The translations under genes and the position numbers were made by a program. A stretch of 64,000 nt of DNA from Octopus vulgaris (taxonomy: Eukaryota): contig OX597817.1 in NCBI GenBank assembly GCA_951406725.2, positions 118,730,001 to 118,794,000 of the forward strand, given 5' to 3'. Below the pieces are notes generated by a model that saw only the letters and a list, made by a program, of their open reading frames with translations, was not told where the DNA came from and searched no databases. The first letter of the stretch is position 1. Every line of letters starts with the position of its first letter. Shown here in pieces: positions 12,505 to 23,689 of the stretch.

Positions 12505-14487
12505 GCAATTTGGGAAACTTCAGCGGTCAGACTTGCCAGGAAGGAACGTCGGACTGCTGAACGGGAATACAAGTTGCATAAATCAGGTACCAACAGGAAG
12601 AAGCGGAATAAATCTTCCAACCATCTCAAGCAAGTGACAAAAAAAGCAGTGCTTGAATTTGAACAGTGCATAGCAGCCAATCCTGACAGCAAGGTTTTCT
12701 GGAAATATGTGCATTCAAAGCAGAGACCTCACTCTCCAGTGGGCCCTCTTCGAAACCCTCACATAAACCAGATAACTGACGACCCCAAGGAATGCGCAGA
12801 ACTCATTGCCGAGTGCTATGCAAACATATTCACTGTTGAAAATCAAAATGTGCCATCTTCACCATCTCTAACAGCAAATTCCATAACAACTATGGAATTT
12901 ACACCTGCAATGCTGCGACGTCACCTTCAAAATAAGCGCAACTATGCCTCCCCTGGTCTTGATGGAGTTACATACCTGCTTCTCAAACGTGGCAGGTACT
13001 TCCTTTTACACCAGCTCTCTATTTTCTTCCAGTACTGTCTCAACAATGGTGCTACTCCGGAACAGTGGAAAACTGCCAGTGTCATTCCTCTGTTCAAAAA
13101 GGGCGACCGCACATCACCTGTCAACTATCGCCCAGTCAGTCTCACTAGCTGTATTGCAAAACTGATGGAATCGTGTGTCAGAGAAACACTTTGGAACTTC
13201 TGGAGCTCACACAGTCTCATCCGACCCTCACAATATGGATTTGTCCCTAACTCCAGCTGCAGTGATCAGCTTGCCGAGTTCCTTGAGGACATTACTCAGA
13301 TCACTGACAGTGGCTCATGGGTGGATGTTGTCTACCTTGACTTTGCTAAGGCTTTCAACTCTGTGCCACACAAAAGGCTTATGGTGAAACTCTCTGCAAT
13401 GGGTGTGAGGGATGACCTTTTTAACTGGTTGAAATCCTTCATTCTCAACCGAAAGGAGGTAGTCACAGTTCTAGGACAGCATTCTACACCATATGAGATG
13501 TCATCGGGTGTACCACAGGGATCTGTCCTTGGTCCCCTCTTGTTTGTGGCATACATTAATGACTTAGATGCAAATTTAAAGAATGCCACAGTATTAAAAT
13601 ATGCAGACGACATCAAGCTGTACCTTGAAATCAAGAGGACAGATCCTGTTGTCTACAGCTCTTTCCTGCAATCATACCTGGACACAATGCAGCAGTGGAT
13701 CACAGACTGGCAACTGAAACTGGCTGTGGACAAGTGTACCACCATGCATTTTGGGAGAAAAAACCCTGCGTCCACATACTCCCTCCACAACACTGATATC
13801 AAGAAATCCTTATGTGAGCGTGACCTAGGCATCACTGTCAGCAGTGATTTGCGTTGGACAAAGCATATCTCTAAAATTGTCAAGAAGGCCGAGGGTGTCT
13901 TGGCATCACTCAGCAAGACTTTTGTTAGCCGCTCTCCAGCCATCTATTTAAAACTGTATACAGCTATGGTACGACCACACTTGGAATTCGCATCATCAGT
14001 TTGGAACCCCTATCTTGCTCAGAACATTGACCTCCTGGAATCTGTTCAGAGACGTGCAACCAAACGCATACCCTCCATCAGACACCTACCATATTCTGAG
14101 CGCCTTGTTTCCCTGGGCATGGATTCACTAAAGCTCCCGCGTCTGGCGACGGACTTGGTAAACGCCTACAAAGTTGTCAACCACCTCACCAATAACAACA
14201 CTGAACACCTTTTTGATCTCCATGTGTCTAACACACGTGGACATGCCTACAAAGTCAGAAAACAACACAGCTCCCATGACTTTCGGAAACATTTCTTCAC
14301 GCTCAGAGTTGCTGAAGCATGGAATAAACTGCCTGTGTCAGTTGTTGACTGCCATGACAGACACTGCATCCTTTAAGGCCCTCATGCTTTCCGAAATCCG
14401 TCGAAACTACACCTGATTATATATGCACTTTAGATGAGTTGTGGTGCACCTGAGCACTGTACACAATGTTTATTATTATTATTATTT
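12505..14487 (+). mobile_element. 5'-truncated CR1/L2-group LINE
   Basis: RT ORF, a short 3'UTR with 'gttgtggtgcacctgagcactgtacacaat' and an (ATT)n tail at ~14470-14487. No APE domain is present. Confidence 0.9.
12574..14376 (+). CDS. Non-LTR reverse transcriptase (CR1-type ORF2, N-terminally truncated)
   Basis: 600-aa ORF with FWKYV, PLFKKGDR..NYRPVSLTS, LDFAKAFNSVPH, GVPQGSVLGPLLF, YADD, ERDLG, VRPHLEFASSVWNP and RVAEAWNKLP. A frameshift near 14360 appears to remove the native C-terminus (TASFKALMLSEIRRNYT* lies in another frame). Confidence 0.92.
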   Translation: MHKSGTNRKKRNKSSNHLKQVTKKAVLEFEQCIAANPDSKVFWKYVHSKQRPHSPVGPLRNPHINQITDDPKECAELIAECYANIFTVENQNVPSSPSLTANSITTMEFTPAMLRRHLQNKRNYASPGLDGVTYLLLKRGRYFLLHQLSIFFQYCLNNGATPEQWKTASVIPLFKKGDRTSPVNYRPVSLTSCIAKLMESCVRETLWNFWSSHSLIRPSQYGFVPNSSCSDQLAEFLEDITQITDSGSWVDVVYLDFAKAFNSVPHKRLMVKLSAMGVRDDLFNWLKSFILNRKEVVTVLGQHSTPYEMSSGVPQGSVLGPLLFVAYINDLDANLKNATVLKYADDIKLYLEIKRTDPVVYSSFLQSYLDTMQQWITDWQLKLAVDKCTTMHFGRKNPASTYSLHNTDIKKSLCERDLGITVSSDLRWTKHISKIVKKAEGVLASLSKTFVSRSPAIYLKLYTAMVRPHLEFASSVWNPYLAQNIDLLESVQRRATKRIPSIRHLPYSERLVSLGMDSLKLPRLATDLVNAYKVVNHLTNNNTEHLFDLHVSNTRGHAYKVRKQHSSHDFRKHFFTLRVAEAWNKLPVSVVDCHDRHCIL

Positions 14488-14664
14488 AAAATGTGATTAG
14501 TAGTGAATAAAGAAGGATGGATTAGACAAGATAAATATGTATCTACATATTGTGAACTTCAGAGATATGTTAACTGTGTATAAAGAAAGTGAAAAGGGTG
14601 TCAAAAGCATTGGTTGCTTTATATAAGATTGTGTTTATACAGGAATGGGTGTAAAGAGATATGT

Positions 14665-14886
14665 ACTGCATCCTTCAAAACTTTCATGCTTTCTGAGATT
14701 CGCCAACACTACACCTGATTTTCTCCCCTCCATACACACACAAGCATGTATCTGACTCATACACTGTTCACTTTCCAGACAGTTTTACATTACTGCATAT
14801 GCTTTATACACACTTTTTGACAAGTTGTGGTGCACCTGAGCACTGTATACAATAATTTCATTACTATTATTATTATTATTATTATA
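14665..14886 (+). mobile_element. Second, heavily 5'-truncated 3' end of a related CR1 subfamily
   Basis: 'actgcatccttcaaaactttcatgctttctgagattcgccaacactacacctgatt...gttgtggtgcacctgagcactgtatacaat' plus (ATT)n. It parallels 14362-14487 but has a longer 3'UTR. Confidence 0.85.
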
Positions 14887-14971
14887 TTGATGTGAACATG
14901 TCTATATTTTTATGTGTATGTATGTATTGTAAGTATGTATGTATGTGTGTGTGCGTATACATATGTGTGTG

Positions 14972-15023
<52 letters not shown>

Positions 15024-15408
15024 TAACAATGAGGGTCTTTGCAACAAGTTGCTAGACCACATACCGAAAGTATTAGAAATAGTAGCCAGAGGACTGTTAT
15101 TTCTTTTACTACAAAAATATGTCCCCATCGACAACAGTATTTGTAACTCATTATATGGCAAAAAAACGAAGAAAAATAACGAAATCAAACAGTCCACGGT
15201 CAATTATGGACGCATACGTTTCTGGATTAGAATCAAAGATCCATTTCCTTCATCAACATAATATTCCGATAAATCCAGAAATGCTAGGAAATCTTACCCT
15301 CCATATTTCCGACCAGGCCACATCGGGACATACAGAAGCTAATCAGCATATCCACATTTATATAGACAAGTGAATTCGTATCTCCCTCCTTTATCTGTAC
15401 TTATATAT

Positions 15409-15458
<50 letters not shown>

Positions 15459-15579
15459 GTGTATGTGTATGTGTATATATTTTTATATATGTGGACATGT
15501 ATTTGCGCGCATATTTTTGTATAGTTGTATGCGTATCTACATGTGTGTTTATCTGTATGTATTTTTTTTTTTTTTTTTT

Positions 15580-15632
15580 GTACTTGTTTCAGTCATTCGA
15601 CCGCGGCCATGCTGGAGCACCGCCTTTAGAGT
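15580..15632 (-). mobile_element. SINE family B 3' end
   Basis: 'tacttgtttcagtcattcgaccgcggccatgctggagcaccgcc'. Confidence 0.75.
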
Positions 15633-15786
15633 GGTGAAAGAGTACAGCAGGGATCACCACCATCCCCTGCCGGAGCCTCGTGGAGCTTTTAGGTGTTTTC
15701 GCTCAATAAACACACACAACGCCCGGTCTGGGAATCGAAACCGCGATCCTCCGACCGCAAGTCCGCTGCCCTAACCACTGGGCCAT
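15633..15786 (-). mobile_element. tRNA(Arg-like)-derived SINE, family C, well preserved
   Basis: Minus strand: TGGCCCAGTGGttagggcagcggacttGCGgtcggaggatcgcGGTTTCGATTCCcagaccggg, with intact A and B boxes followed by a non-tRNA body. Confidence 0.8.
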
Positions 15787-16560
15787 ATGTTTGTATTTAT
15801 GTAGATATACATGTAATTTTATGCGTGCGTTTTTGTGTTCGTTGCACAAGTTAAACGAAGTATCTAATCGTTTTTAGATGCTTTTCGAACTCTATCATGT
15901 AACACTCTCTACCCCTATTTTCCCCCTTTCTCTCCTTAATTTTCTGTTTCTTTTTCTTTTATTTCATTTTCTTCCTTTCTACTGTTTTCTTCTTCCGCCC
16001 CCATACTTAATATTTTCTGATTTTTTCCTTCCCTTTGTTCCGCCTGTAACAACACTTGTATAAGCAGACGCCAGGAGATTTTGTGCGCGTGCGTATGTGT
16101 GCGTGCATACATATGTATGCATTTGTATATATATTTCTATTTTGCCTATATATGTCTGTATATGTATGCAGTTATGTACCTAAGTCTGTATGTTTAGTGT
16201 ATATATGTATATTATAGATGGTTTGGCATTCCTATATACTGCTAAATGTATGTTTAATCTAGCGTGAAAAAATTTTAAACGTATATAACTTTTAATTTAT
16301 TAATTGATTAATATTTTACAGCTAATTATTTACCCTGGGTATTCAGGCTTTGTCCTTCTTTGTAAGCTATTTTTGATTTAAGGTTTTCTTCGATTTTTAT
16401 AATAATATGATTTTATACCGCAATTTGTTACTGCTTGCAACCGGTTATTGAAAAGACCATTAGTTGAAAGGACCAATGAAACAAAACCATTTTCAAATGT
16501 GCATCTCTCAAACTAATTGTATATTTTTGCGTATAACCTTATTTTTCTTCCATTCTAAAC

Positions 16561-16606
16561 AAAACTGTCCAACAAACGGGAACGTGAACCTCTGAGTAAC
16601 AGTTTT
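16561..16606 (+). ncRNA. Decayed type-I hammerhead ribozyme
   Basis: aaaactgt-CCAACAA-acg-ggaa-cgt-GAAC-ctc-t-gag-TA-acagtttt. The 8-bp stem I and stems II/III pair, but the core is mutated (consistent with decay from CCGACGA and GAAA). Confidence 0.6.
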
Positions 16607-16632
16607 TGTGATATTTTGCTGTTTTTTTGATA

Positions 16633-16663
<31 letters not shown>

Positions 16664-16945
16664 CAACAATTGAGGGTAAAATTAATTAATTATTAATCAA
16701 TTTCACCAAGTGTTCAGTATGCAAAGGGACCATTCAAGGCGAATTCAAATTATTACATTATATAAAAGGGCTTAGTAAAATAAATTACTTTGCCGCATAC
16801 TGAACTCATTAGAAATAGCAGCTAAAAAACTTTTTTAAAGCTATTTCTAATACTTAAAGAAAATCTCTCTCATATAGTGTTTGCTTAACTCAACTCACAA
16901 AAGTTTGGGGGTAAGGACATCAAAAAATCAAATGCAAAGGTTATT

Positions 16946-16997
16946 TGAGAACGTACGTTTCAAGATTAGTCAAAACGACACTTCTATCATCAGCTCA
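16946..16997 (-). ncRNA. Minimal type-I hammerhead motif, array copy 1
   Basis: Reverse complement of tgag-CTGATGA-tagaagtgtcgttttgactaatctt-GAAA-cgtacg-TT-ctca. Confidence 0.65.
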
Positions 16998-17803
16998 GAA
17001 ACTCCTTGGTTTGGATTTGAAAACACTGAAAGTAAGAACATACCCTTTCGGCTTCTCATCGCTTTCGAAGATCTGCTCGTAACTAACAGTGCCAACAAAC
17101 TCAAATAAGCAAGCGAAGAATTTCTGTTCTCCCCTTTCCACCAGCGTGGGTTAAAATCATCAAACACTATGCTTATTTCGGTAAAATCCGAAGCATTAAT
17201 TAGAGGAGATTAATTATAATTTCAACAATTGAGGGTAAAATTAATTAATTATTAATCAATTTCACCAAGTGTTCAGTATGCAAAGGGACCATTCAAGGCG
17301 AATTCAAATTATTACATTATATAAAAGGGCTTAGTAAAATAAATTACTTTGCCGCATACTGAACTCATTAGAAATAGCAGCTAAAAAACTTTTTTAAAGC
17401 TATTTCTAATACTTAAAGAAAATCTCTCTCATATAGTGTTTGCTTAACTCAACTCACAAAAGTTTGAGGGTAAGTTTTATACAATGTAATAATTTGAATT
17501 CGCCTTGAATGGTCCCTTTGCATACTGAACACTTGGTGAAATTGATTAATAATTAATTAATTTTACCCTCAATTGTTGAAATTATAATTAATCTCCCTCT
17601 AATTAATGCTTCGGATTTTACCGAAATAAGCATAGTGTTTGATGATTTTAACCCACGCTGGTGGAAAGGGAGAACAGAAATTCTTCGCTTGCTTATTTGA
17701 GTTTGTTGGCACTGTTAGTTACGAGCAGATCTTCGAAAGCGATGAGAAGCCGAAAGGGTATGTTCTTACTTTCAGTGTTTTCAAATCCAAACCAAGGAGT
17801 TTC

Positions 17804-17855
17804 TGAGCTGATGATAGAAGTGTCGTTTTGACTAATCTTGAAACGTACGTTCTCA
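17804..17855 (+). ncRNA. Minimal type-I hammerhead motif, array copy 2
   Basis: tgag-CTGATGA-tagaagtgtcgttttgactaatctt-GAAA-cgtacg-TT-ctca. Stem I is tgag/ctca, stem III is palindromic (AACGTACGTT), and stem II is imperfect (aga/tct, gtc/gac). Confidence 0.65.
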
Positions 17856-18363
17856 AATAACCTTTGCATTTGATTTTTTGATGTCCTTACCCCCAAACTT
17901 TTGTGAGTTGAGTTAAGCAAACACTATATGAGAGAGATTTTCTTTAAGTATTAGAAATAGCTTTAAAAAAGTTTTTTAGCTGCTATTTCTAATGAGTTCA
18001 GTATGCGGCAAAGTAATTTATTTTACTAAGCCCTTTTATATAATGTAATAATTTGAATTCGCCTTGAATGGTCCCTTTGCATACTGAACACTTGGTGAAA
18101 TTGATTAATAATTAATTAATTTTACCCTCAATTGTTGAAATTATAATTAATCTCCCTCTATTTAATGCTTCGGATTTTACCGAAATAAGCATAGTGTTTG
18201 ATGATTTTAACCCACGCTGATGGAAAGGGGAGAACAGAAATTCTTCGCTTGCTTATTTGAGTTTGTTGGCACTGTTAGTTACGAGCAGATCTTCGAAAGC
18301 GATGAGAAGCCGAAAGGGTATGTTCTTACTTTCAGTGTTTTCAAATCCAAACCAAGGAGTTTC

Positions 18364-18415
18364 TGAGCTGATGATAGAAGTGTCGTTTTGACTAATCTTG
18401 AAACGTACGTTCTCA
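18364..18415 (+). ncRNA. Minimal type-I hammerhead motif, array copy 3
   Basis: Identical to 17804-17855, 560 bp downstream. Confidence 0.65.
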
Positions 18416-18922
18416 AATAACCTTTGCATTTGATTTTTTGATGTCCTTACCCCCAAACTTTTGTGAGTTGAGTTAAGCAAACACTATATGAGAGAGATTT
18501 TCTTTAAGTATTAGAAATAGCTTTAAAAAAGTTTTTTAGCTGCTATTTCTAATGAGTTCAGTATGCGGCAAAGTAATTTATTTTACTAAGCCCTTTTATA
18601 TAATGTAATAATTTGAATTCGCCTTGAATGGTCCCTTTGCATACTGAACACTTGGTGAAATTGATTAATAATTAATTAATTTTACCCTCAATTGTTGAAA
18701 TTATAATTAATCTCCCTCTATTTAATGCTTCGGATTTTACCGAAATAAGCATAGTGTTTGATGATTTTAACCCACGCTGATGGAAAGGGAGAACAGAAAT
18801 TCTTCGCTTGCTTATTTGAGTTTGTTGGCACTGTTAGTTACGAGCAGATCTTCGAAAGCGATGAGAAGCCGAAAGGGTATGTTCTTACTTTCAGTGTTTT
18901 CAAATCCAAACCAAGGAGTTTC

Positions 18923-18974
18923 TGAGCTGATGATAGAAGTGTCGTTTTGACTAATCTTGAAACGTACGTTCTCA
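18923..18974 (+). ncRNA. Minimal type-I hammerhead motif, array copy 4
   Basis: Identical to 17804-17855. Confidence 0.65.
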
Positions 18975-19155
18975 AATAACCTTTGCATTTGATTTTTTGA
19001 TGTCCTTACCCCCAAACTTTTGTGAGTTGAGTTAAGCAAACACTATATGAGAGAGATTTTCTTTAAGTATTAGAAATAGCTTTAAAAAAGTTTTTTAGCT
19101 GCTATTTCTAATGAGTTCAGTATGCGGCAAAGTAATTTATTTTACTAAGCCCTTT

Positions 19156-19189
<34 letters not shown>

Positions 19190-19193
<4 letters not shown>

Positions 19194-19620
19194 TTCATTT
19201 GTGGTAACTCTCAAGAGGGCTGAACAGTAGGTCTTCAGGGAAGAAGCTACACTCAGCTGACTCACTCAGCGCTACTTCCCTTAGCATTAAAAAAAAAATA
19301 TTGTCTTCAAACGGTATTGGGGGGGCGGTTTTGTTCCTCCTAGACCAGGTCCAGCTGGAGCATCTCTCTGCTGTCTCTAATAATGCTTTTAGGACTTTGG
19401 TTTTGTTTCTCTCATTGACTGAGAGTTGATTCATTAGTTCATTAACAGATTTGCCCACAAAACTCTCCGGCTACAACATCTGTAGCGAGAAGCTTGACTC
19501 AAATGTTTGCTACCCTCAGGCTGATAACCAAACTGGCGTAATTTTTTGGTCTTGAATACATGTGCTTCTTTTATTCTACTTTCGAACGGCACTGTGAGAC
19601 CAATCAAAATCATTTCAGTG
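19190..19620 (-). mobile_element. 3' end of a HERO-type (R2 group, REL endonuclease) non-LTR retrotransposon
   Basis: LIGLTVPFESRIKEAH and GKSVNELMNQL...LLETAERCSSWTWSRRN match the IELTVP..E..AH / AE..S.W.W.RR C-terminus. The 3'UTR ends at (TA)n. Confidence 0.7.
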
Positions 19621-19639
19621 GCTCTAGATAATTGATGAT

Positions 19640-19810
19640 AAACTCAAATGTAAATTCATCCTGTTCGACATCGTGGAGTAAAACTCCACGATCTCCAACA
19701 CAGTGCACCAAAAGGCACTTGAGCTTGATAAAGCATACATAACCATCTCTGCTACTGATATTGCCATTATAACGAATGCAAGGAGATCATTTATTTTTCA
19801 TAATAATTCT
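19640..19810 (+). pseudogene. Penelope-like element RT fragment
   Basis: KCKFILFDIVE*NSTIS...KALELDKAYITISATDIAIITNARRSFIFHNN resembles PLE RT 'FI.FDI..FYPSI...AL.FA......I....RKS.LF'. Confidence 0.6.
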
Positions 19811-20687
19811 TATTCCTTCTGTATGCACAAGCAACAAATCATGGTTCGAAATTTCAAGATCGATTACCTACCCACTTTGCCACCCATCCAACCTGGATAA
19901 TTGCTTTCCTGGACATCAATTATATGCATATATAAATTATGTATAAAAGATATATACTCCCATAAGCTTATGCAGGATTCCCTCATTACAGGGAAAATTC
20001 GGTATTACACGTGTTTAAGACAGTAGATATTTCACAGAAAAACAAATACATATACACATAAACTTATGAATCTAAAATTCCATGGACAGTGTGTGTGTGT
20101 GTGTGTGCGTGTGCGTGTGTGCGTGTGCGTGCGTGTGCCTGTCTCTGGGCACATATTTTGTATGGTTGTGAATGTGCACATGCGTGTGTATTTATATTTA
20201 TGAATTGCACGAGAGTTCTCACACAAAAAGGATTACGGAATTAATCAGTCCATGTTGAAAGCAATTACTTGGAAAGATCCCTCAGATAATCCAAGGGACA
20301 CAACAAATAAGATCTCATAATTACCCTCCCACGATATATATTAATTAATTTATTTATCCCGAAATCGCTTACATCTCGTGTAACTTCATGTATTCTCATC
20401 TCAAATCGAACCGAGCTCCAAAGTTCCAAGGTGGCAGACAATAATTGTTAAGAGGCTCCGCTTTAGGTGAAACCATTAGTGACCTCGTTAACACACAAAT
20501 AACGAATGTCTGTCCGCCAATGCGGTACTGAGCACACATTCTCCTTGTTCGATATTAGCGTCTATATATATATATTAAAGAGAGAGAGAGATATGTGTCT
20601 ACACACGCAAATATATGTGTATATATATATATATGTGTGTGTGTTCCCACAACATATATTTGATATATATTCATATCTATCTATCTA

Positions 20688-20737
<50 letters not shown>

Positions 20738-20784
20738 AACAACGTATATTTCTGATATATATTCATGTCTGTGTGTGAGTGTGC

Positions 20785-20824
<40 letters not shown>

Positions 20825-21500
20825 GGATATATATACAATGTGTATGTTATATATTCATGTCTATATATATATATTCTCATTGTTCGACATTTACGTGTGT
20901 GCATATGTGAGTGTGGGTATATATATATATATATATAACTTATGTTCAGTTATGTATTTATATATACTTACATAGACAGACACACGCACACATACCGGTG
21001 TGAATGAAAATTAATTTGAAAAAGCTACAGGTGATTTTTTTTTCTCCTATTATAATACCACATTGTGTCGAAGCTCGGTGTTTATAAAGGAAACAAATAT
21101 CAAAGCCTAAATGACATTAACAGTATAACTTATTAAATTCTAAATGAATCACTATCATATACTAGAGATTTCTATTTACTTAAGGCGTTTTGCGTGTATA
21201 AACCGTTAATTACTCTTCTGAAAAAAAATAAATGAAATATGAATTTAACCGGAAATATATTGAATTAATGCCACAGAAATAGATTTTTTATTTTCTTCTA
21301 TAATTATATTTTGTTTTCTATTATATTCAATGAAATATCTGTAACGATGTCTTTGAGTATACACGTGTGTTTAAATGTGTGATTATATATGTGGGGGATG
21401 TGTGTATATATGAAAATAAACACGCATATTTGTGTATATGTACCTGTGTATATGTGCATATTATGTAAATCTATATGCGTGAATGGTTGTATATATGTAT

Positions 21501-21552
<52 letters not shown>

Positions 21553-22004
21553 TGTATATCTACGAATGTGTATGCGTTTACATATAAGAAGGTTCATATA
21601 TGTATGTGGATAAGCATATAAGAAACTCTTATATGAGTTACTTATAAGAATATAAATAAATTTTTCTTTAATACTCACATGTATATATATATATATATAC
21701 ATGCATACATATGTATATACATACATATATATAACTATATATACATATACATATATATGCATATATATATTATATATACATACACATATATGTGTTTGTG
21801 TGTTTGTGTGTGTTCATTTTTTTCCTTTTTACCGAATATGTATAAATTGTGTATAGAGTAAAATCTCAGTTGAATAAAGTTGAAGTAGAGTCTGGTTTGT
21901 ACATTTTGAAATCTGATAATTACTACGAAAGTATGAAAATGCTAATTGAACATTATGAGCACTATAGAATATTTTTCGGATGTTTAACACACTTCAAAAT
22001 TGCA

Positions 22005-22080
<76 letters not shown>

Positions 22081-22086
22081 TGCATA

Positions 22087-22282
22087 CTCTTTTACTCATT
22101 TCAGTCATTTGGCTGTGGCCATGCAGGAGCACTGCCTTTAGTCGACCAAATCGACTCCAGGACTTATTCTTTGTATGCTTAGTACTTATTCTATCGGACC
22201 TTTTTTCAGAACCGCTAAGTTACGGGGACGTAAACACACTAGAATCGGTTGTCAAGCGATGTTGGGGCGGGGACAAACACAG

Positions 22283-22339
<57 letters not shown>

Positions 22340-22517
22340 TATATTACATATATACGACGGGCACTTTCAGTTTCCGTCTACCAAATCCACTCACAAGGGT
22401 TTGTTTGGCCCCAGGCTATAGTAGAAGACACTTGCCGAAGGTGCCACGCAGTGGGACTGAACTCGGAACCATGTGGTTGGTAAGCAAGCTACTTGCTACA
22501 CAGCCGCTCCTACGCCT
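22087..22517 (-). mobile_element. SINE family B, full length with internal (TA)n
   Basis: Colinear with 31146-31533 and 62458-62878. Confidence 0.9.
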
Positions 22518-22554
22518 ATATATATAGATATATATATGTGTGTATATATGTATA

Positions 22555-22587
<33 letters not shown>

Positions 22588-22739
22588 GTGTGTGTATGTG
22601 TGTGTATGTATGTATGTGTGTGTATGTATGTGTGTGTGTGTGTATGTGTGTGTGTGTGTATGTGTGTGTGTATGTATATGTATGTATATGTGTGTGTGTA
22701 TGTATATGTGTGCGTATGTATATGTGTGCGTATGTATAC

Positions 22740-22775
<36 letters not shown>

Positions 22776-22777
22776 TG

Positions 22778-23330
22778 ATGTCAGGTCACTTTCGAGTGCT
22801 ACTGGTAACATGTAACCCAGTACAACCTGTTGCATGATCGGGTCGTCGGCGACTAAACCGGCAACCCCACCAAGCTTGCTTGGTGAGGAAGGTGTTTATT
22901 GGTCTCCCTGTGGGATGAAAAACAGAACCCGTCAAAGGGTGGAGGAACTCTTGAGAGTCAACGGCCATCCAATAAATGTCTTAAGGCTGTATCATGCGCG
23001 GGGACTTAGAAATAATCGGACTGAATACCCGATCGCGCGGTTAAACCATTGGGAGTGAAGGACCCCTAGCCTTTGTTAGGGCATCCTTCTAGGAGAAGGT
23101 AACTCAGGTAACTGGGAAAACTCTGACATAAAACCTGCGGCTCAGTGGTTACCGATGATGTTGACTTGTTCTTTTTAAATTACGGCTGCTGTTGCTTAGT
23201 GAGTGGGATTGACTCAGTGCACAGCCTTTTCTCACTTTAAAAAAATCTTCTTGCACAGACATTGCACAATAACAACATTGATTAAGCTTCGTGCAATGGC
23301 CATACTCGATAACGAGGGGGCATCCACCAC
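22778..23330 (+). mobile_element. RTE-type 5'UTR-like non-autonomous element
   Basis: Contains 'agggcatccttctaggagaaggtaactc...aaactctgacataaaacc', resembling the conserved RTE 5'UTR motif (ggcaaccagtctaggagaaggaaaactctga). It has no ORF and lies between (TA)n tracts. Confidence 0.5.
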
Positions 23331-23689
23331 CATATATATATATATGCATAATTAGTAATATCAGGGTAATAAAGATTATAGAAATTTTTACTACCAGTGT
23401 CCTAGCGTATAGAAAAATTAGTCAATAAACTATATATTCTTCATATAAAATACAATGTACATTTAAACATATTAAGAAGTATCCATCATGGGGCTCCCTT
23501 ACGGTAGAAGGAACAGCTAAAGTTTAAACCACTAATTAGGGATAAATTCTCGAGGGGAATGATAAATATAAACATTTAAGTTTTCAACCTCCCTAATGTT
23601 CAATGATACGATAGCCATCTCTTCTCAGTGACGTCGCTGCTTAAGCACATGCAAATAAATATGGCACACAATTTCTTTGACACAACAGC

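Larger units (their letters stand above)
16658..19163. repeat. ~560-bp tandem array with internal inversion; Penelope pLTR-like / retrozyme-like
   Basis: About 1.5 units in one orientation (16658-17473), then 3 units in the opposite orientation (~17474-18041, 18042-18601, 18602-19163). Copies differ at only a few sites. Each full unit has one HHR motif, and (TA)n lies at both ends. Confidence 0.95.

Noticed and set aside
15020-15375. Possible Penelope ORF N-terminal remnant (GNLT..EANQHIHIYIDK)
   Set aside because: Only a faint resemblance to the NLT...ADKG region; too weak to call without a profile search.
15715-15786. Possible tRNA-Arg gene
   Set aside because: It lacks a proper acceptor stem and Pol III terminator and continues into a SINE body; treated as a SINE head.
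18215-18250. Second hammerhead within the 560-bp unit (ctgatgga...gaaa)
   Set aside because: The core is non-canonical, there is no stem II pairing, and the motif is absent in two of the four copies.
16881-19039. 75-aa ORF repeated four times (MLNSTHKSLG...)
   Set aside because: It is a by-product of the tandem unit: TTG start, antisense to the HHR and no recognisable domain. Not a gene family.
16658-19163. CRISPR-like or simple satellite interpretation of the array
   Set aside because: There are no unique spacers, the context is eukaryotic, and the units are 560 bp with an inversion and ribozyme motifs.
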